41,247 nt of DNA from an uncultured Eubacteriales bacterium (GCA_964470745.1 CAYYEC010000001.1:1-41247); one strand, 5' to 3'; positions 9,979 to 20,142 are shown, counted from the stretch's first letter. The notes: generated by a model from the sequence alone, not told the origin. A program made the numbers and translations.

Positions 9979-11010
9979 TTAAACAATCAGTACAATAATC
10001 GGTCCTAATATTAAGCCTTTTACGCCTAAAAACTGTAGCCCAGTATACATTGCAAATAGTGTCAGAAGTGGGTGTACTCCAATCTGCTGACCTAAGATTT
10101 TTGGTTCAGTCAGTTGTCTCACAATAAGAACAATTACGTATATTATTAATAAAGATACTCCCATTCTATAGTTTTTTGTGATAAATTCATATATAGCCCA
10201 GGGAATTACAATTCCACCGGTACCTAGAATTGGAAAAGCATCGATTATACTAATAAAAAATGAAATAAGCAATGAATGTTTTACCTTCATTATAGCAAAA
10301 CCTATATTCAGTTCTGTAAAAGTAATTGTCATCAGAATTAATTGAGCGCGAATATATCCAAATAGTGCAGAAAATAAATCATCGCGAATACTCTGCATTT
10401 TATTAACCCATGAATTAGGCAATTGATCAAGCATAAAGTTATGAATTCTTTTTCTATCACTTGCTAAAAAATATGTTGCGAGAATTGTGACTAATGTAAA
10501 TAGAAAGATCTGAGGTATTGATTTTGCGAAGGCTAAAATACCATCAAAAATAATATTTAAGAATTGGGTAATATAACCAGGGATATCTGAGGTTTTAAGA
10601 AAATTATCTATATAATCAGTAACTTCAGTAGGCAGCCATAGATATAAGTCATTTGCCTTATTTATAAATGTAGCTACAGTAATTTCTATTTTCTCATAAT
10701 ATTCTGGTACTATATTATTAATTTGGCCTTTTAAACTACTTATTTCGGAAATTAATCTTACTATGATAATAGTAATAACAGTTCCAAAAGTTGAAACTAC
10801 AAATAAGACTGATATTAACGATGCTAGACGTCTTGATATTTTAGCTTTATTTGTTAAAAAACGAATTAAAGGTTCTATTGAACTTGAAATAGCAAATGCA
10901 ACGATAAATGGAGCAATATAAAAGCTAAGCTTATAAATAAGAAACATTGAAATAATTGCTAATAGTATAATTAGAGAAGCTTTAATTGATTTTTTTACTG
11001 TGCTATTCAT
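9979..11010 (-). CDS. AI-2E family transporter / YtvI-like integral membrane protein
   Basis: 343 aa, about 8 TM helices, PerM/AI-2E-type pattern (DAFPILGTGGIVIPWAIY). Confidence 0.75.
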   Translation of the reverse strand: MNSTVKKSIKASLIILLAIISMFLIYKLSFYIAPFIVAFAISSSIEPLIRFLTNKAKISRRLASLISVLFVVSTFGTVITIIIVRLISEISSLKGQINNIVPEYYEKIEITVATFINKANDLYLWLPTEVTDYIDNFLKTSDIPGYITQFLNIIFDGILAFAKSIPQIFLFTLVTILATYFLASDRKRIHNFMLDQLPNSWVNKMQSIRDDLFSALFGYIRAQLILMTITFTELNIGFAIMKVKHSLLISFFISIIDAFPILGTGGIVIPWAIYEFITKNYRMGVSLLIIYVIVLIVRQLTEPKILGQQIGVHPLLTLFAMYTGLQFLGVKGLILGPIIVLIV

Positions 11011-11130
11011 TTTTTCACCTTTAATAGTTTAATTTAAGAAATTCATAACTTTAGTTTAAACTAGTATTTCAAGTCAGTCAACTAAATGTTTAGTCAAAAT
11101 TATTTAAAGCTAAAAAAATAACAAATTTTG

Positions 11131-11159
11131 TTGATAAAAATTTACTAGTGTGGTATACT
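11131..11159 (+). promoter_or_regulatory. Sigma-A type promoter for rpsB (TTGATA-17-TATACT, TG-extended)
   Basis: -35 TTGATA at 11131-11136, a 17-nt spacer ending in TGG, -10 TATACT at 11154-11159. About 100 nt of leader precede rpsB. Confidence 0.6.
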
Positions 11160-11266
11160 ACATAACGGAAAATACGCACGTATCATGATTTTAAGAAAAG
11201 TGCCAAAATGGATTTCTTAAAAGATGAAGGATACGGAGGTATAAAACTATTTAGGAGGTTTTTATA

Positions 11267-12037
11267 ATGGCAGTAATATCAATGAAACAATTATTAGAAG
11301 CAGGTGTTCACTTTGGTCACCAGACTAGAAGATGGAACCCGAAAATGGCAGAGTATATTTTTACAGAAAGAAACGGAATCTATATTATTGATTTACAGAA
11401 AACTGTAAAAAAAGTTGATGATGCTTATTTCTTTATAAGAGAAATTGCAATGAACGGTGATGATGTTCTATTTGTTGGAACAAAGAAGCAAGCTCAAGAT
11501 GCAATAAAGGAAGAAGCAGAAAGATGTGGTCAATACTTTGTAAACGTTAGATGGTTAGGTGGAATGTTAACTAACTTTAAAACAATACGTAAAAGAATTG
11601 ACAGGTTAAATGAATTAACTAAAATGGAGCAAGAAGGTGTTTTCGAAGTTTTACCTAAGAAAGAAGTTATTAAGCTAAAAGGTGAAATGGATAAGCTTGA
11701 GAAGAATCTTGGTGGTATTAAAAACATGAAGAAGATTCCAGGTGCTTTATTTATAGTTGACCCTAGAAAAGAAAGAATAGCAATTATGGAAGCTAGAAAA
11801 CTTGGTATTCCAGTTGTAGCAATTGTTGATACAAACTGTGACCCTGATGAAGTTGATTATGTTATTCCTGGTAATGATGATGCAATAAGAGCTGTTAAAT
11901 TAATTGCTGGAAAAATGGCTGATGCTATACTTGAGTCAAGACAGGGTGAGCAATTAGAAGATACAAATGAATCAATATCTATAAATGAAGAAGTAAGCGA
12001 AAATAAAGAAGTGGAAGTAGTTGAAGCTGCGCAATAA
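11267..12037 (+). CDS. rpsB: 30S ribosomal protein S2
   Basis: [27 protein letters not shown] is the canonical S2 N-terminus; strong AGGAGG SD. Confidence 0.97.
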   Translation: MAVISMKQLLEAGVHFGHQTRRWNPKMAEYIFTERNGIYIIDLQKTVKKVDDAYFFIREIAMNGDDVLFVGTKKQAQDAIKEEAERCGQYFVNVRWLGGMLTNFKTIRKRIDRLNELTKMEQEGVFEVLPKKEVIKLKGEMDKLEKNLGGIKNMKKIPGALFIVDPRKERIAIMEARKLGIPVVAIVDTNCDPDEVDYVIPGNDDAIRAVKLIAGKMADAILESRQGEQLEDTNESISINEEVSENKEVEVVEAAQ

Positions 12038-12087
12038 CTAACTTAATGAGAATTAAGTTAATTAAGCAAATTTATAGTATGTACTTA

Positions 12088-12123
12088 AGTAAGGAGGAAA
12101 TATTTAAGTATTTCTTCCTTACT
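12088..12123 (+). terminator. Stem-loop between rpsB and tsf (partial terminator/attenuator)
   Basis: AGTAAGGAGGAAATA / TATTTCTTCCTTACT forms a 15-bp stem with one G-T pair. The following tract is T/A-rich rather than a clean U-run. Confidence 0.5.
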
Positions 12124-12196
12124 TTATATATAGATTACATAGTTTTATATTGCAAAGTTAATAATATGAATAATTCAAGTTTGGAGGAATATAATT

Positions 12197-12844
12197 ATGA
12201 TTACAGCTAGCATGGTTAAAGAGCTTCGTGAAAGAACTGGAGCAGGTATGATGGATTGTAAGAAGGCTCTTTCAGAATCAAATGGTGATGTTGACAAGGC
12301 TATAGATCTTTTAAGAGAAAAAGGATTGGCAGCTGCTGCAAAAAAATCAGGAAGAATAGCTGCAGAAGGTATTGTGGAAGCTTATATTCATGGAAATGGT
12401 AGAATAGGCGTTTTAGTTGAAGTAAATATAGAAACTGATTTTGCTGCAAAAAATGAAGATTTTAAAAATTTTGTTAAGGATGTTGCACTGCAAATTGCTG
12501 CAAGTAAACCTGAATATGTTAGTAGAGAAGAAGTTCCAGCAGAAGTTATTGAGAAAGAAAAAGAAATATTAAAAGCTCAAGCTTTAAATGAAGGAAAACC
12601 TGAAAAAATTGTTGAAAAAATGGTTGAAGGAAGAATCGAGAAATATTATAAAGAAGTTTGTTTATTGGAGCAACCATATATAAAAGACCCGGATAAAACA
12701 ATTCAAACGCTTTTAACTGAAAAGATAGCAGCAATCGGTGAAAATATGAATATTAGAAGATTTATTAGATTTGAGATGGGTGAAGGATTAACTAAAAAAG
12801 AAGAAAATTTTGCTGATGAAGTTATGAAGCAGGTTAATGGTTAA
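12197..12844 (+). CDS. tsf: Translation elongation factor Ts (short form)
   Basis: The [27 protein letters not shown]-like N-terminus is diagnostic of EF-Ts. Confidence 0.95.
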   Translation: MITASMVKELRERTGAGMMDCKKALSESNGDVDKAIDLLREKGLAAAAKKSGRIAAEGIVEAYIHGNGRIGVLVEVNIETDFAAKNEDFKNFVKDVALQIAASKPEYVSREEVPAEVIEKEKEILKAQALNEGKPEKIVEKMVEGRIEKYYKEVCLLEQPYIKDPDKTIQTLLTEKIAAIGENMNIRRFIRFEMGEGLTKKEENFADEVMKQVNG

Positions 12845-12854
12845 TAAATATTAA

Positions 12855-12879
12855 AGGAACACTTAGATGTTCCTTTTTT
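12855..12879 (+). terminator. Rho-independent terminator after tsf
   Basis: AGGAACA-CTTAGA-TGTTCCT followed by TTTTTT. Confidence 0.8.
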
Positions 12880-12971
12880 AAAATAAAATATTTACTGTAA
12901 TTTATTATGGGTAAGATAAATTTGAAATGCTTTTCGAAATAGAGAAAAATATTGGCTTTGGCAAATAAAGG

Positions 12972-13001
12972 TTGAAAATTACTTATCAATAATTATATAA
13001 T
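12972..13001 (+). promoter_or_regulatory. Candidate promoter for pyrH-frr (TTGAAA-18-TATAAT)
   Basis: Hexamers at 12972-12977 and 12996-13001. Confidence 0.45.
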
Positions 13002-13079
13002 ATATATATACTGAAATATTTGAATAAGAAATGAAAATGTTTATTGCAAAAAATATACTATTAAGAAAATATTTTATAA

Positions 13080-13814
<735 letters not shown>

Positions 13815-13815
13815 T

Positions 13816-14373
13816 ATGGCTAAAGGTAATATTAAGTTAATGGAAGAAAAAATGAAAAAGACTGTAAATGTTTTGAAAGAAGAACTTGCTTCTCTAAGAG
13901 CTGGAAGAGCTAATCCTGCTGTGTTGGATAAGATAACAGTTGATTACTATGGAGTACCAACACCTATTAATCAGCTTGGAAATATTTCTGTACCAGAAGC
14001 TAGAATTATATTAATTCAGCCTTGGGAATCTAAGATCTTGTCAGATATTGAAAAATCAATATTAAAATCAGATCTAGGGCTAAATCCAAATAATGATGGT
14101 AAAGTTATTAGACTTGTTTTTCCAGCCTTAACTGAAGAGCGAAGAAAAGAGCTTACAAAGGTCATAAAAAAGGATGGAGAAAATGGCAAGGTAGCTATTA
14201 GAGCTATTAGAAGAGACACAATTGAAAACTTTAAAGTTCAGAAAAAAAATGCTGAAATAACTGAAGATGATTTAAAGGATTTAGAAAAAGATATACAAAA
14301 GTTGACCGATAAATACATAGATGAGATTGATAAGGCAGTTGAGGCTAAAATAGAAGAAATAATGGAAGTATAA
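13816..14373 (+). CDS. frr: Ribosome recycling factor
   Basis: [38 protein letters not shown]. The ATG at 13816 follows the AAGGAGG inside the pyrH 3' end. The longer ORF start at 13774 would overlap pyrH. Confidence 0.95.
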   Translation: MAKGNIKLMEEKMKKTVNVLKEELASLRAGRANPAVLDKITVDYYGVPTPINQLGNISVPEARIILIQPWESKILSDIEKSILKSDLGLNPNNDGKVIRLVFPALTEERRKELTKVIKKDGENGKVAIRAIRRDTIENFKVQKKNAEITEDDLKDLEKDIQKLTDKYIDEIDKAVEAKIEEIMEV

Positions 14374-14556
14374 GAAGTATTTATATTTTAATGGTTTCTT
14401 AATACTAATTATATGTTTCGTACTAAATCCTTTATGTTCATTTAATAAAATAAGTGTGAAATCATTTTCCTAAAGCTATATAACACATAAACAAAATATA
14501 ATTATGTAATATATTCTAGCTGTGTTATATATTGCTATACATTGTGGGAGGAAATT

Positions 14557-14763
14557 ATGAAAGTTCCTGATATAGCAGGATATATGTTATATGAAGCAAG
14601 ACTCAAATTGGCAGAAGCAGGAATTAAAGATTATGTTATAACGGTGATTACACCACCAAGGATGACTGAAAAAAAATATAGTGATAATTCTAGAGTTATT
14701 AGAGTTAAATCAGTATCCAGAGAACAAATTGAAATTATAGTAGTTAACGAACAAATATATTGA
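14557..14763 (+). CDS. Small PASTA-like domain protein
   Basis: MKVPDIAGYMLYEARLKLAEAGI... resembles the start of a PASTA repeat. GGGAGG SD lies upstream of the ATG at 14557. Confidence 0.45.
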   Translation: MKVPDIAGYMLYEARLKLAEAGIKDYVITVITPPRMTEKKYSDNSRVIRVKSVSREQIEIIVVNEQIY

Positions 14764-14770
14764 TATAAGA

Positions 14771-14803
14771 AATGTGTTTATTTCAAAATAAGCACATTTT
14801 TTA
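14771..14803 (+). terminator. Rho-independent terminator
   Basis: AATGTGTTTAT / ATAAGCACATT stem (one mismatch) followed by a T-run. Confidence 0.7.
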
Positions 14804-14851
14804 TATCAATATTAAAAAAGCCTATAAAATAAGATAGTAAGTGAAAATGGA

Positions 14852-15139
14852 GTGATAAAAGCTTTTAGTATTTTAAAAGAATGTGTCAGAAATTCTAGAC
14901 TATATAATTCTATAAAAAAAGCACTTCTTGGAAGTGAATCAGAAATAAAAAATGAGATGTACACATCTTATACATCAGGCGAAACAAAATATATCAATTT
15001 CTATATATATCCAATTTATAGTTTTAGCTTCAACCATGTAGAAGAAGTAATTATAATGTTTAATGATATTTCTGAAGAAATATTGCTAAAAGATGAACTA
15101 ATTCAAATAATTATATCATATCAAAAAGTTACTGGTTAA
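14852..15139 (+). pseudogene. Possible PAS-domain fragment (orphan, GTG start, poor SD)
   Basis: The tail ...GETKYINFYIYPIYS...VEEVIIMFNDISEEILLKDEL looks like the end of a PAS fold. There is no partner output domain. Confidence 0.3.
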
Positions 15140-15153
15140 CCAGTGACTTTTTT
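15127..15153 (+). terminator. Rho-independent terminator
   Basis: AGTTACTGG-TTAA-CCAGTGACT followed by TTTTTT. The stop codon of the preceding ORF lies in the loop. Confidence 0.7.
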
Positions 15154-15297
15154 GATGCTAAAGAAAGAGTTTAAGTCTGAAAAAGCCCAAAACGAAATTT
15201 AGGACTAAGGGAAATTATGGTAAACCAACACCTTTTGTCGAATAGAACATACAATATATTAGAAGTCATAAAAATAAAAAAGAAAGGGGCCACAACT

Positions 15298-15594
15298 ATG
15301 GTTGAATTTGACTATGATGAATTAAAAGCAAAATTAAAAGCTGAACTTGAAGCTGAACTTGAAGCTGAGCAGGAAGTTGAAGTGGAAGAAGAAGAATATC
15401 ACAAACAAAAACAGTTTAACAAACAAATCAACTACAACTATCTAACACAAAAACAGTATCAAGGACAAAAAGCAGAAGCAGAAAATGAAGCAGAAGCGGA
15501 AGCAGAAGCAAAAAATAAAACAAAGGTTGAAAATGAAGCAGAAGCAGAAGCAGAAGCAGAAGCAGAAATTGAAAAAGAAAAAAAATATTGGTAA
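15298..15594 (+). CDS. Low-complexity Glu/Ala-repeat protein
   Basis: MVEFDYDELKAKLKAELEAELEAE...AEAEAEAEAE...; encoded by GAAGCA and GCTGAACTTGAA tandem repeats. Confidence 0.5.
   Translation: MVEFDYDELKAKLKAELEAELEAEQEVEVEEEEYHKQKQFNKQINYNYLTQKQYQGQKAEAENEAEAEAEAKNKTKVENEAEAEAEAEAEIEKEKKYW
15471..15567 (+). repeat. Hexanucleotide (GAAGCA)n microsatellite, two blocks
   Basis: Block 1 at 15487-15510 has 4 units, one of them GAAGCG. Block 2 at 15535-15564 has 5 perfect units. A 12-nt repeat GCTGAACTTGAA x2 lies at 15340-15363. Confidence 0.9.
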
Positions 15595-15678
15595 GTTAAT
15601 ACGAAGAAATGGTGGGGAGTCTCCCCGCCAACTACATATAAATGCAAAGATAACACTAGTAAAACAGGAGGTTGAGAT

Positions 15679-16140
15679 ATGGAAATATTAGACACACTGC
15701 CAGAAGAACAGAAAAAGGCAGAAAAAAATATTGGGAGAAAAGAAAGAAGCCTGGAAAATGATAGTATTCAGTATAACCGTCAAGATCTAGATCAGGAACA
15801 AAAGGTTGATGTGAATCCACTTCAATTAAATACGCAGAATCTTCACATTCACCTAAAAAATGATAAAATTAATTTTTGTGGAAAAATTACTGGTATAACT
15901 TGTATAGAAAAAAACAAGGAATTGGCAAAAAATGCAAACATACTTCTGTATTTTGGTCATGATTGTAGACTTCCGGTATATAAAACAAATTCAGATAATA
16001 ACGGAAACTTTGTTATAGAGGATATACCTCCAGGATATTATACTCTATATGCTGAATTTGGAGATATTCTAAAATATCAATCACACTATATTAAGGTATT
16101 ACCTGGCCAGAATGTGTATCAATCGATACTTTTAAAATAA
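15679..16140 (+). CDS. Carboxypeptidase-regulatory-like (beta-sandwich) domain protein
   Basis: The C-terminal NSDNNGNFVIEDIPPGYYTLYAEF motif is typical of CarboxypepD_reg/Cna-B-like folds. AGGAGG SD. Confidence 0.55.
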   Translation: MEILDTLPEEQKKAEKNIGRKERSLENDSIQYNRQDLDQEQKVDVNPLQLNTQNLHIHLKNDKINFCGKITGITCIEKNKELAKNANILLYFGHDCRLPVYKTNSDNNGNFVIEDIPPGYYTLYAEFGDILKYQSHYIKVLPGQNVYQSILLK

Positions 16141-16458
16141 GCTTCATTATATAATTATTTTGTATATAGTCAACGTAAGTTCTAGAATTTCGTTTACGTT
16201 TGCTCAAGTATTTAAAATACTAAAGGGTTCAACTCATAAAAACTGGGTTTTTAAATACATATTCTTGACTTTTTATTTCTAGAGGTTAAACATTCAGCAA
16301 TAGGAGAAAAGAGTATGAAAAAGATTAACTCAATTTGTACATTAAAAGCAAATATTATAAAGTCCACATATAAAATAATATGCTCCCTTTATAGTAGATA
16401 GGAGGAATAATAAAACTATGAAGGGGGCATAGTTTCGAGGACATTTCTAAACAAAATG

Positions 16459-16509
16459 GAACGAATGTTCTAAAAAGACATTTACAAAACGAATGTTCTA
16501 TAGTATAAT
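16459..16509 (+). promoter_or_regulatory. Promoter TTTACA-17-TATAAT with two LexA (Cheo-box)-like sites
   Basis: GAACGAATGTTC at 16459-16470 is a perfect GAAC-N4-GTTC. AAACGAATGTTC at 16487-16498 lies in the spacer. -35 at 16481-16486, -10 at 16504-16509. Confidence 0.5.
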
Positions 16510-16529
16510 ATGGTAAAACAGCAATAGAG

Positions 16530-16679
16530 ATGATTATGATGCCTGGAAAAGTTAGAGTAAAACATAGTGAGGCAATCTACCATTTTATGTGCAGAAGTGT
16601 ATCAGTGTTTCTACTATTTAGAGATAATGAGGATAAAAATTACTATCTTAATCTTTTAAAAAGAAAAGATTATTTATAG
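16530..16679 (+). pseudogene. IS200/IS605-type (Y1/RAYT-like) transposase, N-terminal stub of 49 codons
   Basis: MIMMPGKVRVKHSEAIYHFMCRS...LFRDNEDKNYYLNLLK resembles the N-terminus of Y1 transposases (MPR.aR..s..giYHvm.RG...iF.ddeDk..fl.lL). A stop follows after 49 codons. Confidence 0.55.
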
Positions 16680-16694
16680 TTGAATGGTGACTTT

Positions 16695-16982
16695 ATGAAA
16701 ATTGATAGATTACTTGGAATAACAATATTTTTATTGAATAGAGAAAAAGTTAGTGCGCATATATTAGCTGATAAATTTGAAGTGTCTAGAAGAACTATAC
16801 AAAGCATTGAAAAAGAATATGACAATGGTGATTTCATTTTGAATATGCATGTACCTGAGAGTGAACATTTGTGGTTTGGTACTCTTATGGCACTTGAAAA
16901 TAAAGCAGTTGTATTGGAGCCGGAGACCTTAAAGAAGAGACTGTGTGAAAGAGCAAAAGAAATTTTAGAAGTTTATGAATAA
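16695..16982 (+). pseudogene. Internally deleted YafY-family regulator (HTH start fused to C-terminal extension; WYL domain missing)
   Basis: MKIDRLLGITIFLLNREKVSAHILADKFEVSRRTIQ parallels 8510-9421. It then jumps to ...AVVLEPETLKKRLCERAKEILEVYE, the equivalent of the C-terminus of the full-length paralogue. Confidence 0.6.
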
Positions 16983-17049
16983 ATACGATATACAGTTGTC
17001 GCCATTCCTCATGTAAAATGGTCACAACAATTATATAGGAGGAATTATT

Positions 17050-17601
17050 ATGTCAAACATAAACCCATACGAAAAATGTCCGATTTACGAGTCTGAGAGC
17101 TTTACTTTAAGGTTAGTTGAGGAAAAAGATGCTGAAGACTTACTCAAATGTTACTCGGATATATTAGCTGTTAAGCTTATGAATAGCGACAATTGCACTA
17201 GTGATTTTTATTACAGGACTATAAAGGAAATGAAGGATTGCATCTTATTTTGGATTAAGGAATATGAAAATAAAGTATATGTACGATTTAGTATTGTAGA
17301 TAAACAAATTCAAAAAATTATTGGTACAATGGAAATATTTGGGCGAAAAGCAAAAGAAGAAAAATCTAGTAAACTTGGTGTTCTTCGCATTGATTTATGT
17401 TCTAACTACGAAATCCAGAGTTATATCACTGAGTTATTAAAAATATCGAATGAACATTTTTACGATGTTTTTGATGTAAAGCATATTATTACCAAAGCAA
17501 TCCCAACTGCAAAAGAAAGAATATCGTCATTAATTGAGAACGGATTTTCAGAACTTGAGAATAATACCATTATACCATATGACAACTATTTTATACGATG
17601 A
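17050..17601 (+). CDS. GNAT family N-acetyltransferase (RimJ/RimL-like)
   Basis: 183 aa with an FTLRLVEEKDAEDL... opening and acetyltransferase-like length and pattern. Strong AGGAGG SD. Confidence 0.65.
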   Translation: MSNINPYEKCPIYESESFTLRLVEEKDAEDLLKCYSDILAVKLMNSDNCTSDFYYRTIKEMKDCILFWIKEYENKVYVRFSIVDKQIQKIIGTMEIFGRKAKEEKSSKLGVLRIDLCSNYEIQSYITELLKISNEHFYDVFDVKHIITKAIPTAKERISSLIENGFSELENNTIIPYDNYFIR

Positions 17602-17718
17602 TTATTACATAAAAAGAAAATTGATTTTAAAAAATCAACCTTCAAAATCAACCAGCAATATTATTGTTTTTGCAGTTGATGGTGATATTACCCCATATGA
17701 TATTAATGATATAATAGT

Positions 17719-17745
17719 GGTGTGCTTGATAAATTCAAGCACACC
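17719..17745. other. Perfect 11-bp stem-loop (GGTGTGCTTGA-TAAAT-TCAAGCACACC)
   Basis: Lies in the convergent gap between GNAT (+) and lacI-type (-) genes. No clean U-tract on either side. Confidence 0.45.
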
Positions 17746-17905
17746 ATTGCTAATTTAAAGAATATAAAATAAAACCGGTTAAAAAGGTACATCACAATGA
17801 ATAAGGAGTAAATTTATAAAATATAGGTATGCCTTTTATGTAAATTAAGTATGCTACGAATAAGGGCGTATGAGAAATCGTACGGGATCAGTCCCGTCTT
17901 TCGCA

Positions 17906-18922
17906 CTAAACTTTACTTACACTTTCTTTATATACGATTTCTCCTTCGATTACCCTTACTCCTGATTTATATTTTACATGATTCATTTTATCCAGTAAAA
18001 CACACATACTTTTACGTGCCATTTCTTTTACATTAACATCATAGGTTGTAATACCAATATCACATAAACCTGGATATAAAAAATTATCAAATCCGACAAC
18101 AGAAATATCATCAGGTACCTTATAGTTTTTCCTTTTTAAATTTTTAATTAGGATACTGGCAGTAAGGTCGCAATTACATACAAAGGCTGTAGGCATCCGT
18201 TCAGGAAATCTCATCTCAAAGCTTGCAACGTCCCCTATTTCCCAGTCACGGTCATCCATAACCCATTCTTCACGTATCTTCTTACCATGCTCCATCATGG
18301 ATTTACAATAGCCTAAATACCGGTCCGTTATGCTACTGGTATAAAGTAGGGTACCAACGTAGGCAATATCCTCATGTCCCATGCTGAATAAGTAATTGGT
18401 TAACATATACGTTCCATAAAAGCCGTCGGAAATTACAGAGTCACAATTGCTAAAATTATCAAAAAAATCCAAACATACCATCGGGCCCGTTCCGTTTTCC
18501 CGAATTTTTTTAATATATCCATTTTGTGGACGTCCCATAAGAATAATCCCATCTACCTTTTTTTCTTTAATAAGTTTAGGCAGCTCCTGCTTTTCTTCAT
18601 CCTCAGGACTGATTACCTCCAGCATAGTAAAGCATCCTTCTTGTACAGCCATGGTAGTAACTTCCTGATACATCATCCAATAGAAGGAATCAAATTTCCC
18701 AAAATATTTGCCCGGAACAATGATTCCTATATTCCTGCTTTCATTCTTTTTCGCACGATTCGTTGTCGAAGGTTGTATATAGCCTAATTGGTCTGCGAGT
18801 TTTTTAATCTTTTCCCGCAATTCTTCACTAACACCATTTTTACCAGATAACGCTTTTGATACAGTAACAGTACTAACATTAAGTAAGTCTGCAATATCTG
18901 CCATCTTTACCTTTTTCGCCAT
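17906..18922 (-). CDS. LacI family transcriptional regulator
   Basis: VKMADIADLLNVSTVTVSKALSGK HTH plus a periplasmic-binding-fold body. Start set at MAKKVKM (18922). Confidence 0.9.
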   Translation of the reverse strand: MAKKVKMADIADLLNVSTVTVSKALSGKNGVSEELREKIKKLADQLGYIQPSTTNRAKKNESRNIGIIVPGKYFGKFDSFYWMMYQEVTTMAVQEGCFTMLEVISPEDEEKQELPKLIKEKKVDGIILMGRPQNGYIKKIRENGTGPMVCLDFFDNFSNCDSVISDGFYGTYMLTNYLFSMGHEDIAYVGTLLYTSSITDRYLGYCKSMMEHGKKIREEWVMDDRDWEIGDVASFEMRFPERMPTAFVCNCDLTASILIKNLKRKNYKVPDDISVVGFDNFLYPGLCDIGITTYDVNVKEMARKSMCVLLDKMNHVKYKSGVRVIEGEIVYKESVSKV

Positions 18923-18982
18923 GTTGAAATCCCCTAATAAATTTTTAGCTAAATTCACTTAGATTTAGCCTTCTATTAACTT

Positions 18983-19011
18983 ATTGTAACCACTTAATTT
19001 TCTTGTGTCAA
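18983..19011 (-). promoter_or_regulatory. Promoter for the LacI-type gene (TTGACA-17-TACAAT on minus strand)
   Basis: On the + strand these read TGTCAA at 19006-19011 and ATTGTA at 18983-18988, 17 nt apart. Confidence 0.55.
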
Positions 19012-19041
19012 CTATTGCAGGTTTATAATTTTTTTATCAAC

Positions 19042-19053
19042 GATATACGTATA
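19042..19053. promoter_or_regulatory. Perfect 12-bp palindrome ATATACGTATAT with central CG (candidate LacI-family operator)
   Basis: Located between the GH130 stop and the lacI-type promoter. Confidence 0.35.
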
Positions 19054-19119
19054 TTTGTATATTACTTTTATATTATGAAGGAAAAATGGTTGACAGATTA
19101 TAACAACGGAAGCACAGGA

Positions 19120-20142
19120 TTATCTTTTCCCAATTTCAGTATCCATCTCCGTTACAGAACTATGTTCCTTAATATATGTCATGATTTCATCAAACTGGGT
19201 AAAAGCTAATCCTACATAGGTATCTGCCGCACCATAATAAATCGCAATTCTACCGCTTTCGGAATCATGGATTGCAGCACACGGGAAGCATACGTTTGGT
19301 ACAAAGCCTCTTTCTTCATACCATTCCTCTGGAGTTAACAGGAAATTTTCACATCTATATTTTACAATAGAAGGATTATTGAGATCTAAAATTGCTCCTC
19401 CCATACTATAGACAAATCCATTACAGGTTCCACTGACACCATGATAAAACAAAAGCCATCCTTCCGATGTCTCGATGGGAGACGCTCCCGAGCCGATTTT
19501 AACTGATTCCCACCATTCCTTGCTGATTCCCATGACATGTCTGTGTTTTCCCCAGTATACCAGATCCGGACTTTCACTTACGAAAATATCACCAAAGGGT
19601 GTATGACCACTATCACTGGGACGGCTTAGCATCATATAATTTCCGTTGATTTTTCTTGGGAACAGAACTGCGTTCCGATTATAAGGAATAAACGGGTTTT
19701 CCAATCTTACAAATTTCTTAAAGTCCGTTGTTTTAGCCATACCAATAGAAGCACCATAAAAATCCTGGCACCAGATTATATAATAGGTATCTTCAATTTT
19801 AACCAGTCGGGGATCATATGCATACCTCGGCATGAAAGGCTTCCCGTCTTCATCCTCAAAAGGAATACTTTCTTTACCAATGCTCCAGTGAATGGCATCT
19901 TTACTTCTTCCTAAATAAATATAAGGGATACCATTGGTCTGTTCTCCCCGAAATACACCGATAAAACCATCCTGATACGGCATTACGGCACTGTTAAAAA
20001 TCCTAGCCACTCCTTCTACTGGATTTCGGCTTATAATAGGGTTTTGAGAATATCTCCAAACAGGTGCCCCAACAAGATCATCAGGCTTTTCCTGCCATGG
20101 TACATTTTTTACTGCATAACCTATCATTTTTATTTTGCTCAT
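19120..20142 (-). CDS. GH130 beta-1,4-mannoside phosphorylase (mannosylglucose / mannooligosaccharide phosphorylase-like)
   Basis: NRNAVLFPRKINGNYMMLSRPSDSGHTPFGDIFVSESPDLVYWGKHRHV and VPNVCFPCAAIHD...GRIAIYYGAADT closely match characterised GH130 phosphorylases. Start at 20142, 9 nt after GGAGG. Confidence 0.85.
   Translation of the reverse strand: MSKIKMIGYAVKNVPWQEKPDDLVGAPVWRYSQNPIISRNPVEGVARIFNSAVMPYQDGFIGVFRGEQTNGIPYIYLGRSKDAIHWSIGKESIPFEDEDGKPFMPRYAYDPRLVKIEDTYYIIWCQDFYGASIGMAKTTDFKKFVRLENPFIPYNRNAVLFPRKINGNYMMLSRPSDSGHTPFGDIFVSESPDLVYWGKHRHVMGISKEWWESVKIGSGASPIETSEGWLLFYHGVSGTCNGFVYSMGGAILDLNNPSIVKYRCENFLLTPEEWYEERGFVPNVCFPCAAIHDSESGRIAIYYGAADTYVGLAFTQFDEIMTYIKEHSSVTEMDTEIGKR

Noticed and set aside
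11160-11266. A dedicated rpsB ribosomal-protein leader structure
   Set aside because: A long imperfect hairpin (CGTATC...GATACG with inner TTTTAAGAAA/TTTCTTAAAA) can be drawn. I cannot tie it to a described Firmicute S2 leader, and AT-rich sequence forms such pairings easily.
15459-15695. ORFs 15459-15695 (-) and 15485-15691 (+) with SASASA / KQKQKQ repeats
   Set aside because: These are alternative-frame and antisense readings of the GAAGCA microsatellite. They have no SD and overlap the better-supported EA-repeat ORF and the start of the next gene.
16316-16432. Small SD-preceded ORFs: a 28-codon MKKINSICTLKANIIKSTYKIICSLYSR and a 4-codon MKGA mini-ORF
   Set aside because: They have plausible SDs, but they are too short to evaluate without conservation or ribosome-profiling data. 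They could be leader peptides or chance.
17534-18036. ORFs 17534-17758 and 17851-18036 in or near the GNAT/LacI convergent gap
   Set aside because: The first overlaps the GNAT 3' end out of frame. The second is antisense to the LacI 3' end. Both lack an SD and any recognisable motif.
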